Assembly (NCBI GenBank): GCA_963802685.1
Contig: CAWDJG010000007.1
Span: 562,550-626,549 of the forward strand
Reading direction: 5' to 3'
From: an uncultured Actinomycetes bacterium
GTDB lineage: Bacteria > Actinomycetota > Thermoleophilia > Gaiellales > Gaiellaceae
DNA length: 64,000 nucleotides
Shown: positions 17,141 through 27,053 of the stretch, in pieces
Numbering within the stretch: the stretch's first letter is position 1
Layout: each line of letters starts with the position of its first letter
The notes under the pieces: generated by a model
Databases searched by the model: none
Seen by the model: only the letters and a program-made list of their open reading frames with translations
Told to the model about the DNA's origin: nothing
Translations under genes and position numbers: made by a program

Positions 17141-19347
17141 GTGGCCGCAGTCCCGTCCATAGGTCGTGCCGACCGCGCTTCGCGCCCCGCGGCGCCTGAA
17201 GCGGATCTGACGCGCGCGCTCTACGAGAAGTACGCGAACCAGATCTTCCGCTACTGCGTGCACCAGCTCGGCTCGCGTGAGGAGGCCGAGGACGCAGTCC
17301 AGAGCACGTTCCTCAACGCGTTCCGCGGCATCAAGCGCGGCGTCGTCCCCGAGCTCGAGTCCGCGTGGCTCTTCAAGATCGCGGAGAACGTCTGCCTCTC
17401 GCGGCGGCGCTCCTCGTGGCGGCGGGATCGCGTCGAGTCGCCGGCCGACTTCGACGTCGTCGAGGAGGTGACGCCGGCGCCGGGTCGCCTCGCGGACGAG
17501 CTCATCGGCCTGCAGGACGTCCTCGAGCAGATGCCGGAGAGCCAGCGCCGCGCGATCCTCCTCCGCGAATGGCAGGGGCTCTCGTACCGCGAGATCGCCG
17601 ACGAGCTCGAGCTGTCGCAGTCCGCCGTCGAGACGCTCATCTTCCGCGCGCGCCGGTCGCTCGCGCAGGGCCTCGAGCAGCCGCCGGAGCCGGCGGCCAA
17701 GCGGCGGCTCGTGCGCGGCGCCGACTGGGGCAATGTCCTCGCCGGGCTCAAGTCGATGCTCCTCGGCGGTGGCGCCGCGGCAAAGGTCGCCGCCGCGGTG
17801 GCGGTCGTCAGCGCGTCCACCGTCGTCGCGACGGCGCCGGTGCAGCATCACGCGCGGTCGCACCATCCGGCCCCGGCTGCTCCCGCGTCGACGTCGACGA
17901 CGCATGCGGGTGCGGCTCCGGCCGCCGCCACCGGCGGCGGGCACGCGGCGTCGACGCCGGGCGGCACGCATCTCGCGCCGGCGATACACGGGCCGGCGAC
18001 CGCTGTCGTGCCGGGGACCACGCCGGTGGCGACGTTCGATCCGTCACTGCCGGCGGGCGGCTCGCCGGTGTCGTCGCCGGCGGTTGCGCCCGATCAGGCG
18101 ACGACCGACGCGGTCGGAGTGGCTCCGACGATCACGAACGCGCCGGAGACGTCGTCGACTCCCCCCGCCGGCGGCGCGCCGACGGGCGGCAAGTCGCCGG
18201 GCGGCGGCTCGACGTCGGCGCCGCCGGGCGGCTCGACCGGCGGTTCCGGGTCGACGGGGCAGGGCCAGGGCACCGGGCAGGGCAAGGGCACCGGCACCGG
18301 CACCGGCACGGGGCAGGGCACCGGGCAGAGCCAGGGCACGGGTCAAGGGCAGGGCACCGGCACCGGGCAGGGCGCGGGCACGGGGCAGAGCCAGGGCACC
18401 GGGCAGGGGCCAGGGCACGGGCGGGGCAGGGCACCGGGCAGGGCAAGGGCAAGGGGAAGAGCCGCGGGGGCGACCAGGGCCAGGGGCAGGGCAATGGCGG
18501 TGGCAAGGGCCAGAGCGGTCAGGGTCAGGGCGGCGGCGGCAAGGGTCAGAGCGGCGGCAAGGGTCAGACCGGCGGTCAGGGTCAGGGCGGCGGCCAGAGT
18601 CAGAGCGGCGGCCAGGGTCAGACGCAGAGCCAGACGCAGAGTCAGACCCAGACCCAGAATCAGACCCAGACGCAGGGGGAGAGTCAGGGCCAGGGCCAGG
18701 GCCAAGGCCAGGGCCAGGGGCAAGGCCAGTCTCAGGGGCAAGGCCAGGGCCAGGGCGGCCAGGGCAAGGGGAAGGGCGACGGCCACGGCGGCGACCAGGG
18801 CCAGGGCGGCGGCAATCAGGGGCAGGGTGGCGGCAGGGGCCAGTCCGGTGGCCAGGGTCAGGGGCAGGGCAGCAGCTCATCCGGCCAAGGCGATAACGGC
18901 GGTCGGTCCGGTGGCGGCAGCGGCAGCGGGAACGGCGGCGGCCAGCAGGGCCAGGGCGGCTCGGCTCCGCCCGCGCCGCCGGCGCAGCCCGATCCGCCCG
19001 CCGGCTCCGGTGGCAGCTCGGGCTCAGGCAGCCAGGGCGGCTCGGGTGGCCAGACCACCGGCGGCGGTCAGGGCGGAAGCGGCACGCAGGGCGGCGGCGC
19101 CCAGGGCGGCGGCGGCCAGGGTGGGAGCTGGGGTGGCGGCGGAGGCCAGGGCGGCCAGGGCGGCGGTACCCAGGGCAGCGGCGGTCAGGGTGGCAGCGGC
19201 GGCGGCCAGGGTGGCGGTGGCGGCCAGGGTGGCGGTGGCGGCGACCGCGGCGCAGGCGGCCAGGGTGGCGGCGGCCAGGGTGGCGGCGGCGGCGGTCGCG
19301 GCGGTGACCATGGCGGCGGAGGAGCCGGCCATGGCCACGGCCACTAG
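17141..19347 (+). CDS. ECF sigma-70 fused to one membrane span, a P/A/T-rich linker and a ~375-aa Gly/Gln-rich tail; the frame of the G/Q tail changes near 18405-18425
   Basis: Sigma region 2 'EDAVQSTFLNAFRG'. Region 4 'LREWQGLSYREIADELELSQSAVETLIFRARRSL'. TM span 'AAAKVAAAVAVVSASTVVA'. The G/Q tail begins in the frame of ORF 17141 and continues in the frame of ORF 17365, ending 'GHGHGH*' at 19347. Confidence 0.7.
18230..19340 (+). repeat. ~1.1-kb low-complexity triplet-repeat tract (GGC/CAG/ACC/AGC units)
   Basis: Encodes runs such as 'GQGTGQGKGTGTGTGTGQ', 'QTQSQTQSQTQTQNQTQTQ', 'GQGQGQGQGQGQGQSQGQGQGQ'. Long stop-free ORFs occur on both strands. Confidence 0.85.
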
Positions 19348-19365
19348 TTCGGGTAGCGCCGGAGG

Positions 19366-20388
19366 CTAGGCGGCGCTGGCGAGCTCGTCGCCGAGCTCGA
19401 GCTGGAGACGCGAGAGAGCTTCGGTCTCGAGCTGGCGGACCCGCTCGCGGGTCAGACCGAGCTCCTTGCCGATCGTCTCGAGGGAAGCGGACTCGCCGCC
19501 GAAGCCGAAGCGGAGCTCGATGATGCGCCGCTGGCGCTCGGGCAGCTCGGCCACTGCGCGCTGGACGCGCTGGCGGCGGAGCGCCTCCGCGGCCTCTTCG
19601 GCCGGGTCGGCGGACGTCTCGTCGGCGAACAGGTCGCCGAGCTCAGAGTCGCTGTCGGAGCCGAGGCCCTGGTTCAGCGAGACGGAGTCGACGGCGTCGA
19701 GCGCCTCCTCGACGTGCTCCTTCTTGAGGCGCGTGGCCTCGGCGAGCTCGTCGATCGTCGCCTCGCGTCCGAGCTTTGCCTGGAGCTCGGCCGACGCGCG
19801 GTTGAGCTTGATCCGCCGCTCCTGGACGTGGACCGGGATGCGGATCGTCTTCGACTGGTTCGCGACCGCGCGCTGGCAGGCCTGGCGGATCCACCAGGTC
19901 GCGTACGTCGAGAACTTGTAGCCCTTGCGCCAGTCGAACTTCTCCGCGGCGCGGTTCAGGCCGATGACGCCCTCCTGGATCAGGTCGAGCAGCGGGACGT
20001 CGTGGCCCTGGTAGCGCTTCGCGATCGAGACGACGAGGCGGAGGTTCGAGTTGATCATCCGCTCCTTCGCGGCAGGGTCTCCGCGCTCGATCCGCTTCGC
20101 GAGCATGACCTCGTCGGCGGCGGTGAGCAGCTTGTGGCGGCCGGCCGCATCCATGAAGAGCTGGAGCGGGTCGAGCGTGCCCGACGGCGCAGGCGCAGCC
20201 TCGGTCGCCGTAATGGCGGCCCGGACGACGACGTCGCGCTCGTCGAGCGCAGCCTGGAGGGCCGCGATCTCGTCGTCGGCGAGCTCGTGCTCGTCGGCGA
20301 ACGCCTCGAGCTCGCGCTCTTCGACGAAGCCGCGCTCGGCAGCCTCCTCGACGAGGCGCTCGGCAGGCGTCAAATCGTGCAGGTGCAT
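19366..20388 (-). CDS. RpoD-family (group 1/2) sigma-70 factor
   Basis: '[17 protein letters not shown]', '[20 protein letters not shown]', '[14 protein letters not shown]', 'TIRIPVHV', '[18 protein letters not shown]'. 340 aa, with a ~300-nt lower-GC leader. Confidence 0.9.
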   Translation of the reverse strand: MHLHDLTPAERLVEEAAERGFVEERELEAFADEHELADDEIAALQAALDERDVVVRAAITATEAAPAPSGTLDPLQLFMDAAGRHKLLTAADEVMLAKRIERGDPAAKERMINSNLRLVVSIAKRYQGHDVPLLDLIQEGVIGLNRAAEKFDWRKGYKFSTYATWWIRQACQRAVANQSKTIRIPVHVQERRIKLNRASAELQAKLGREATIDELAEATRLKKEHVEEALDAVDSVSLNQGLGSDSDSELGDLFADETSADPAEEAAEALRRQRVQRAVAELPERQRRIIELRFGFGGESASLETIGKELGLTRERVRQLETEALSRLQLELGDELASAA

Positions 20389-20680
20389 CGTGTCAGTCGT
20401 CAGTGGAGTTCCTCTCCTGGTGGTTCTAGGGGACCGCGCCCTTCGCGGGCCCGGAGGCCCCGGCGCGCGGGGCGATCCCGCGATCAGCCGGTCGGCCCCT
20501 CTAGTTACTTATAGAACGGGTTAGCGCCCCTGTCCATTCCCAAACATCGCATTCTTGCGATTCCCTTACAACGAGGGCGACTTTCAAGTCGTATTCTGGC
20601 CTCCTTTTCTCCGGGGATCATCCGCCCTCCCGATGAGCAAAGGATGAGATCTCCGCTAAATCTCCGTGAAGGCTGCGGGG

Positions 20681-20686
20681 TACAAT
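20681..20686 (+). promoter_or_regulatory. candidate -10 box (TACAAT) for tRNA-Thr
   Basis: TACAAT lies 12 nt upstream of the tRNA 5' end. No convincing -35 element. Confidence 0.3.
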
Positions 20687-20697
20687 CGCTCCCCCAG

Positions 20698-20770
20698 GCC
20701 GACGTAGCTCAGCTGGTAGAGCACATCACTCGTAATGATGGGGTCCACGGTTCGAATCCGCGCGTCGGCT
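20698..20770 (+). tRNA. tRNA-Thr (anticodon CGT)
   Basis: Hand-folded cloverleaf. Acceptor GCCGACG/CGTCGGC, D arm GCTC-AGCTGGTA-GAGC, anticodon arm CATCA-CTCGTAA-TGATG, T loop TTCGAAT. No encoded CCA. One A:C mismatch in the T stem. Confidence 0.9.
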
Positions 20771-20811
20771 TCTCCGATGAACCGATCCGGCCGCCGGGAC
20801 GAACACCGGGC

Positions 20812-21366
20812 GTGAGCCGGCCTCTGGCCCATCTGTCCGACGAGGCGCTCGTCCTCCTCGCCGCGCGCTCCGAGCAGTCGGCGCTCGCGGAGCTGTACGA
20901 CCGCTACGGCCGCACGGCGTACGGGCTCGCGCTGCGCGTCCTCCGCGACGAGGCGCTCGCCGAGGACGCCGTCCAGGAAGGCTTCCTCGCCGTCTGGCGG
21001 ACGGCAGCGCGGTTCGTGCCCGAGCGCGGCAAGGCGAGCACGTGGATCCTCACGCTCGTGCACCGCCGCGCCGTCGACACCGTGCGGCGCGAGCAGCGCC
21101 GCCGCGCCGATACGCTCGAGGGCGCGCCCGAGCCGGCGGTCGGCAGGCCGCGGACGAGCACGCCTGGCTCCGGCTGCAGCGCGAGCGCGTGCAGGACGCG
21201 CTGCGCACGCTGCCCGACGCGCAGCGCGAGGCGCTCGAGCTCGCGTACTACGGCGGCTTCAGCCAGTCGGAGCTCGCCGAGAGGCTCGGCCAGCCGCTCG
21301 GTACGATCAAGAGCCAGGATGTTCGCCGGCCTCGCGCGGATGCGCGAGCTGCTCGGCGAGCCCGGA
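20812..21366 (+). pseudogene. SigK-like ECF sigma factor, two frameshifts (~21135, ~21315), no stop before the anti-sigma gene
   Basis: Region 2 is in ORF 20644 ('[38 protein letters not shown]'). Region 4 is in ORF 21042 ('[35 protein letters not shown]'). The frame then returns to the first one. Confidence 0.75.
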
Positions 21367-22014
21367 ATGGAGATGTCATGGAGCGTGGACCTCCACGAGC
21401 TGACCGCGGCGTACGCGCTCGACGCGCTCGACGCCGACGAGGCGGAGGCGTACGAGGCGCACCTCGCGCAGTGCGAGCGCTGCCGCACGGAGCTCGCCGC
21501 GCTGAGCGAGACGGCGACCGCGCTCGCGTTCGGCGTCGACGCGCCGCCGCCGCCGCGCGCGTCTGCGCGCCGCGATCCTCGACGCCGCCGCCGCCGAGCG
21601 CGCGAACGTCGTCCCGCTGCCGCGGCGGCCGTGGGCGTTCCGCGTCGCCGCGGCCGCGGCGGCAGTCGCAGCATGCGCGGCGCGTCGGCCTCGGCGTCTG
21701 GGGCGCGAATCGCAGCCGGAGCACGCACGCAGGCGCTGAGCGCGGTCGTCGTCGTCGGCGCCGACAGGCACGCGACGCTGACCGTCTCCGGGCTCGCCGC
21801 CGCGCCGCACGGAAAGACGTACGAGGCGTGGATCATCCCGCCCGGCGGTCATGCGCGGCCGGCCGGGCTCTTCGCCGGCGGCGACGGCACGACGGTCGTC
21901 CGTCTGCGTCGGCACGGTGCCGCGCGGCGCCGATCGTCGCCGCGACGGTCGAGCGTGCCGGCGGCGCGAGCGCGCCGACGACGCCGCCGTTCTCTCAGCG
22001 CGAACGACTTGTAA
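21367..22014 (+). pseudogene. RskA-like anti-sigma-K factor, at least four frameshifts
   Basis: '[39 protein letters not shown]' (zf-HC2). The TM span and the C-terminal '[13 protein letters not shown]...[17 protein letters not shown]' are spread over all three forward frames. Confidence 0.7.
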
Positions 22015-22084
22015 GAACTGTCCTCCGAACCGGTCCGGGCGCTCGGGCGAATCAGCGCCGACCCCCGTCCACCAGGAGGAGCAC

Positions 22085-23414
22085 GTGAAGAAGAAGCTCA
22101 TCTTCGCCTTGCTCGCCGCCGCCGCTGTCACGGCCATCGGGTCTCGCCGCCGCCCGCGGCGGCGGCACCGGCGCCGCGACGGCGTCGAGCCACCGCGAGG
22201 CACCGCTGATCTCGCAGGACCCGACGGCGGACAACACGGACCTGTACGCGTTCGTGTCGCCCGACAAGCCGTCGACCGCGACGATCATCTCGAACTGGAT
22301 CCCGGGTGAGGATCCCGCCGCCGGGCCGAACTACTACACGTTCAGCCCGACCGCGCGGTACGACATCTACGCCGACACGAACGGCGACGGCAAGCCGGAC
22401 GTCACCTGGCAGTTCCGGTTCACGAACCAGCCGAGCCAGTTCTTCCTCGGCAACACGCAGCAGAAGTACACGTCACGAAGATCGCCGGCGGCAAGTCGAC
22501 CGTCGTCGGCTCGGGTCTGCTCACGCCGCCCGACAACATCGGGCCGCGGTCGACGCCGAACTACGACGCGCTCGCCGCGAAGGGCATCCACACGCTCGAG
22601 CGACGGCAGCACGGTCTTCGCCGGCCAGCGTGACGATCCGTTCTTCGCCGACGTCGGCGCGATCTTCGACCTCGTCGCGATCCGCGACGGCACGGGTGCG
22701 ACCGGAGGCGGCAAGGACTTCCTCGCCGGCTACGGCGTGCACTCGATCGCCCTGCAGGTGCCGAAGTCGATGCTCGACAACGGCGGCAACCACGTCGTCG
22801 GCATCTGGGCCGCGACCGACCGCCAGAAGGTCACGGTCGCGCACGGCAAGGCGCAGACGAAGTGGGTGCAGGTCAGCCGCCTCGGCAACCCGCTGATCAA
22901 CGAGGTCGATCATCCCGACGAACAAGAAGGACTACTGGAACAGCACGTCGCCCGCGAACGACAAGCAGTTCGCGACAGTACTACACGAGCCCGATCCTCG
23001 CGGCCGTGCTCGCAGAAGCTGTATCCGAAGTTCGGTCCCTTCCAAGCAGATCGGGCCGCAGCGACCTCACGCAGGTCCTGCTCACCGGCATCCCGAAGCT
23101 CAACTAGACCGGCACGACGCTCGCCGACGAGCTCCGGCTCAACCTGTCGATCGCGCCGACCGCGGCCGACAAGGTCAACCGGCTCGGCGTCATCGGCGGC
23201 GACAACGCCGGCTATCCGAACGGCCGCCGGCTCGGTGACGACGTCATCGACATCGACGAGCGCGTCGTCGCCGGCGAGCTGATCGGTCACGCGCTGCCGC
23301 TCGGCGACGGCGTCGACGCGAACGACGTGCCGTACCTCGCGTCGTTCCCGTACGTCGCTCCGCCGTTCAGCGGCTTCGACGACACGCACGGCCAGCTCAC
23401 AAGAAGACGGGTTC
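22085..23414 (+). pseudogene. DUF4331 family secreted protein, at least seven frame changes plus an in-frame TAG (23105-23107)
   Basis: GTG at 22085 after AGGAGGAG. Segments: 'SSHREAPLISQDPTADNTDLYAFVSPD', 'AGQRDDPFFADVGAIFDL', 'LGNPLINEV', 'NRLGVIGGDNAGYPNGRRLGDDVIDI', 'DANDVPYLASFPYVAPP'. These segments lie in alternating frames. The 3' end is undefined. Confidence 0.8.
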
Positions 23415-24743
23415 GTGCAAGGCTCGTCTCTTCGTCGCAGGGACGGCGGCGGCATTTGCCGCCGCCGTCCTCGCCCTCGGCGGGCGTCCTCCGGCACGCA
23501 CCGGCGGCTGCCGCGACCGACGCGCTGCCGACCGCGATCGCGGCCGAGCTGCAGAAGGGCTTCGCAGCCGGCGACACGCAGGCGGAGATCGCCGGGCTCC
23601 AGGCCGAGCTGCGCGCTCGACCGCACGCAACGTGAAGGCGCTCGACACGCTCGGGCTCGCCTACCTCCAGCGCGTGCGCGAGACCGGCGACCCGACGTAC
23701 TACGGCAAGGCCGACGGCATCCTGCACGAGGCGCTCCGCTCCACTCCGAACGATCTCGATCGCGACCGCGCGGGCTCGGCCAGCTCGCGCTCTCGCGCCA
23801 CCGCTTCCGCACTCGCGCTCGCACTCGGCGCTGCGCGCGAAGCGGATCTCGCCGACGACCGCCGGCGTCTACGGCGTCGTCGGCGACGCGGAGCTCGAGC
23901 TCGGCCGCTACCCGCAGGCGTTCGCCGCCTTCGACCGCATGAACGCGATCAAGCCCGACGTCGCGTCGTACGCGCGCGTGTCGTATGCGCGCGAGCTGCA
24001 TCGGCCACACCGCCGACGCCGAGCGCGCGATGGCGCTCGCGGCGTCCGCCGCGGTCGGCGAGCACGAGGCGTCGTCGTGGACGCGCGTGCAGCTCGGCCT
24101 CCTCGAGCTCAACTCCGGCCATGCGCGCGCCGCGCTCGTGCAGATGCGGCACGCGCTCCAGCTCTTCCCGGACTACTACTTCGCGCTCGACGGCATGGCC
24201 CAGGTGCAGGCCGGCCTCGGCCACCTGCGCACGGCGCGCATCTACGAGCAGGCTGCCGTCGACCGCGTGCCGCTGCCGCAGTACGTCGGCTTCCTCGGCG
24301 ACCTCGACCGCGTCGCTCGGCGCCCCGCGCGCGGCGAAGCGCGAGTACGCGCTCATCGGCGTCATCCAGAAGCTGCTCGCGGCGAACGGCGTACGGAACG
24401 ACCTCGACATCGCGCTGTTCGACGTCGACCACGGCGTCGACCTGCCGCACGCGCTCGTGCTCGCGCGCAAGGGATACGCCGAGCGGCCGAGCATCGTCGG
24501 CGACGACGTCCTCGGCTGGGCGCTCGCCCGCAACGGCGAGTGCCGCGAGGCGCTGCGCTACTCGGAGCGCTCGCTCCGTCTCGGCACGCAGGACCCGGTG
24601 AAGCTCTTCCACCGCGGCTGGATCGCCGCCTGTCTCGGAGACCGCGCAACGGCTCGGGGCTTCTACCGCCGCGCGCTCGCACTCAACCCGCAACTTCTCG
24701 CGTCCTGTGGGCGCCCGCCGCCCGGAAGGGAGCCGGCTCGTGA
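23415..24743 (+). pseudogene. TPR-repeat protein with N-terminal TM/signal segment, about seven frame changes
   Basis: Segments 'ARLFVAGTAAAFAAAVLALGG', 'ALDTLGLAYLQRVRETGDPTYYGKADGILHEAL', 'GVVGDAELELGRYPQAFAAFDRM', 'DYYFALDGMAQVQAGLG', 'DDVLGWALARNGECREAL' lie in different frames. The end '...LWAPAARKGAGS*' overlaps the next GTG. Confidence 0.65.
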
Positions 24744-26060
24744 AACGTCTCGCTCGTCCTGCTCGCACTCGCGTTCGCGCTCGCTCGCGCCGGTCGCCGC
24801 GCAGGCGCACCCGCTCGGCAACTTCACGATCAACCGCTTCGCGCGCGTCGAGGTCGCCGGCCACCGGCTGTACGTGCGCTACGTCCTCGACATGGCGGAG
24901 ATCCCGACGTACCAGGCGCGCCAGCAGGGCGTCGACGCCGAACGCGTACGCGCGGCGCCTCGCCGCACGGGCTGCACGTGACGCTCGCCGGCCGCACCGT
25001 GCGGCTCGTCCCGGTCGCGCACGCGCTCGCGTTCCCGATCGGCGTCGGCGGGCTGCACACGATGCGGCTCGAGCTCGATCCTCCGCGGCCCCGCGGTGTC
25101 GGGCACCGAGCGGCTCACCGTGTCCGACACGAACTACGCGGACCGCATCGGGTGGAAGGAGATCGTCGTCGGCGCCGCCACGCACAGCACCTCCGACGAG
25201 CTGCGCGCGTATCCGAAGAGCCTGCTCCAGAGCCCGCTCGACGTCACGACGGCGTCGGCGACCGTCGCGCCGACGCAGCGACGCCGTGCCGGTGCTCCTG
25301 CGCGGCACCGCGCTGCAGGCGCCGGACCGCGTCGCCGACTCGGGCTTCACGCGGCTCATCGCGCGCGGGCACCTCAGCGCGCTCGTCATCCTCGCGTCGC
25401 TCGCGGCCGCGCTCTTCTGGGGCGCCGCGCACGCGCTCTCGCCCGGCCACGGCAAGACGATCGTCGCCGCGTACCTCGTCGGCAAGCAGCGGCACGCGCG
25501 CGCGACGCCGCCGCGCTCGGTGCGATCGTGACGGTGACGCACACGATCGGCGTGTTCGCGCTCGGCGCTCGTGACGCTCGCGCTCTCGCAGTGGATCGTC
25601 CCCGACACGCTCTATCCGTGGATCAACCTCACGGCCGGGCTCCTCGTCGTCTCGATCGGGATCACCGTGCTCCGCGCGCGCTACCGGCACGCGCACCACC
25701 ACCACCATCACCACGATCACGATCACGACCACCATCACCACCACGAACCGTCGCGGCGCAGCCTGCTCGCGGTCGGCGTCTCCGGCGGGCTCCTGCCGTG
25801 CCCGTCCGCGCTCGTCGTCCTGCTCGCGGCGATCTCGCTCCACCGCGTCGCGTTCGGGCTCGCTCCTCATCGTCGCGTTCTCGGTCGGGCTCGCGCTCTC
25901 GATCACCGGGCTCGGCCTCGCCGCCGTGCTCGCGAAGCGCGCGTTCGCGCACCGCAGCTTCGACGGTCTCCTCGTCCGCGCGCTTCCCGCCGTCTCCGCC
26001 GCCGTCATCCTCGCCGCCGGCGTCGCGATGACGGTGCGCGCGATCCCGAGGGTGCACTGA
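24740..26060 (+). pseudogene. NicO/RcnA-like nickel/cobalt transporter with N-terminal extracytoplasmic domain and His-rich loop, about nine frame changes
   Basis: GTG after GGAAGGGAG. Segments: 'AHPLGNFTINRFARVEV', 'AHALSPGHGKTIVAAYLVG', 'HAHHHHHHHDHDHDHHHHH', 'GGLLPCPSALVVLLAA'. The pieces are scattered over ORFs 23632, 24707, 24978, 25096 and 25571. Confidence 0.75.
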
Positions 26061-27047
26061 TGGACTGGCGCCGGCTCTCGTGCTTCGGCGGCGCGGTCGC
26101 GCTCCTCCACGTCGCCGGCTGGGGGCTGCTCCTCGTACTACGCGAGCAGCAGCCCGGCGCTGATCGGCCTCGGGACGCTCGCGTACACGTTCGGCCTGCG
26201 GCACGCGTTCGACGCCGACCACATCGCCGCGATCGACAACACGACGCGGAAGTTCCTCCAGGACGGCAAGCGCCCGCTCGGCGTCGGCTTCTTCTTCTCG
26301 CTCGGACACTCGAGCGTCGTGCTCGGGCTCGCAGCCGGGCATCGGCGTCGCCGCGACGACCGTGAAGGACCGGCTCCCGTCGTTCGAGCACTGGGGCGGC
26401 CCGGTCGGCACTCGGCGTCTCCGGCGCGTTCCTGCTCGCCATCGGCGTCCTCAACCTGCTCGTGCTCGTCGACGTCGTCCGGATCTTCCGCGACATGCGC
26501 GGCGGCTCGCTCGACGAGGAGCGGCTCGAAGCGAGGCTCCTCGACCGCGGCCTCATGAGCCGCGGCGTCCTCAAGCGGCTCGGCGACCGGATCCACTCGA
26601 GCTGGCAGATGTACCCGCTCGGCGTCCTCTTCGGCCTCGGCTTCGATACGGCCACCGAAGTCGGCCTGCTCGCCCTCTCCGCCGGCGCCGCCGGCCGGCA
26701 CATGCCGTTCGCGGCCGTGCTCTCGCTGCCGCTCCTCTTCGCCGCCGGGATGTCCCTGCTCGACACGGCGGACGGGGCATTCATGAGCCACGCCTACAGC
26801 TGGGCGTTCTCGAGCCCGGTGCGGAAGGTCTACTACAACATCACCGTCACGGCCCTCTCGGTGACGGTCGCGCTCGGCATCGGCGGCGCTCGAGCTCCTC
26901 CAGCTCGTCGTCCGGGCCGCCTGGCTCGACGTGGGCACGCTCGGGTACGGAATCGCCGGGCTCTTCCTCCTCACGTGGGCCGTCTCCGCGGTCGTCTGGA
27001 GGACGAGTCGCATCGAGGAGCGCTGGGCCGTCCGCGTGCGCGGCTGA
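26060..27047 (+). pseudogene. HoxN/HupN/NixA family Ni/Co transporter, four frame changes
   Basis: The ATG overlaps the previous stop (TGATG). '[17 protein letters not shown]', '[11 protein letters not shown]', 'LGFDTATEV', 'LLDTADG'. The pieces lie in ORFs 25571, 26319, 26362, 26462 and a fifth frame ending in TGA at 27047. Confidence 0.8.
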
Positions 27048-27053
27048 TCCGCG

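Noticed and set aside
18230-19340. Repeat tract considered as a CRISPR array or a non-coding satellite.
   Set aside because: The unit is 3-9 nt triplet-phased low complexity with no spacer/repeat alternation. It lies inside an open reading frame continuous with an ECF sigma domain.
20644-20811. N-terminal extension of ORF 20644-22014.
   Set aside because: It runs through the tRNA-Thr gene. The conserved sigma region 2 begins only after the GTG at 20812.
23105-23107. TAG as pyrrolysine or programmed readthrough.
   Set aside because: No pyl genes are visible in the window. The gene also carries multiple frameshifts, so a simple nonsense mutation is more parsimonious.
25681-25745. Run of CAC/CAT/GAC codons as a tandem DNA repeat.
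   Set aside because: It encodes the His/Asp-rich cytoplasmic loop expected in RcnA/NicO-type transporters. It is a coding low-complexity feature, not an independent repeat element.
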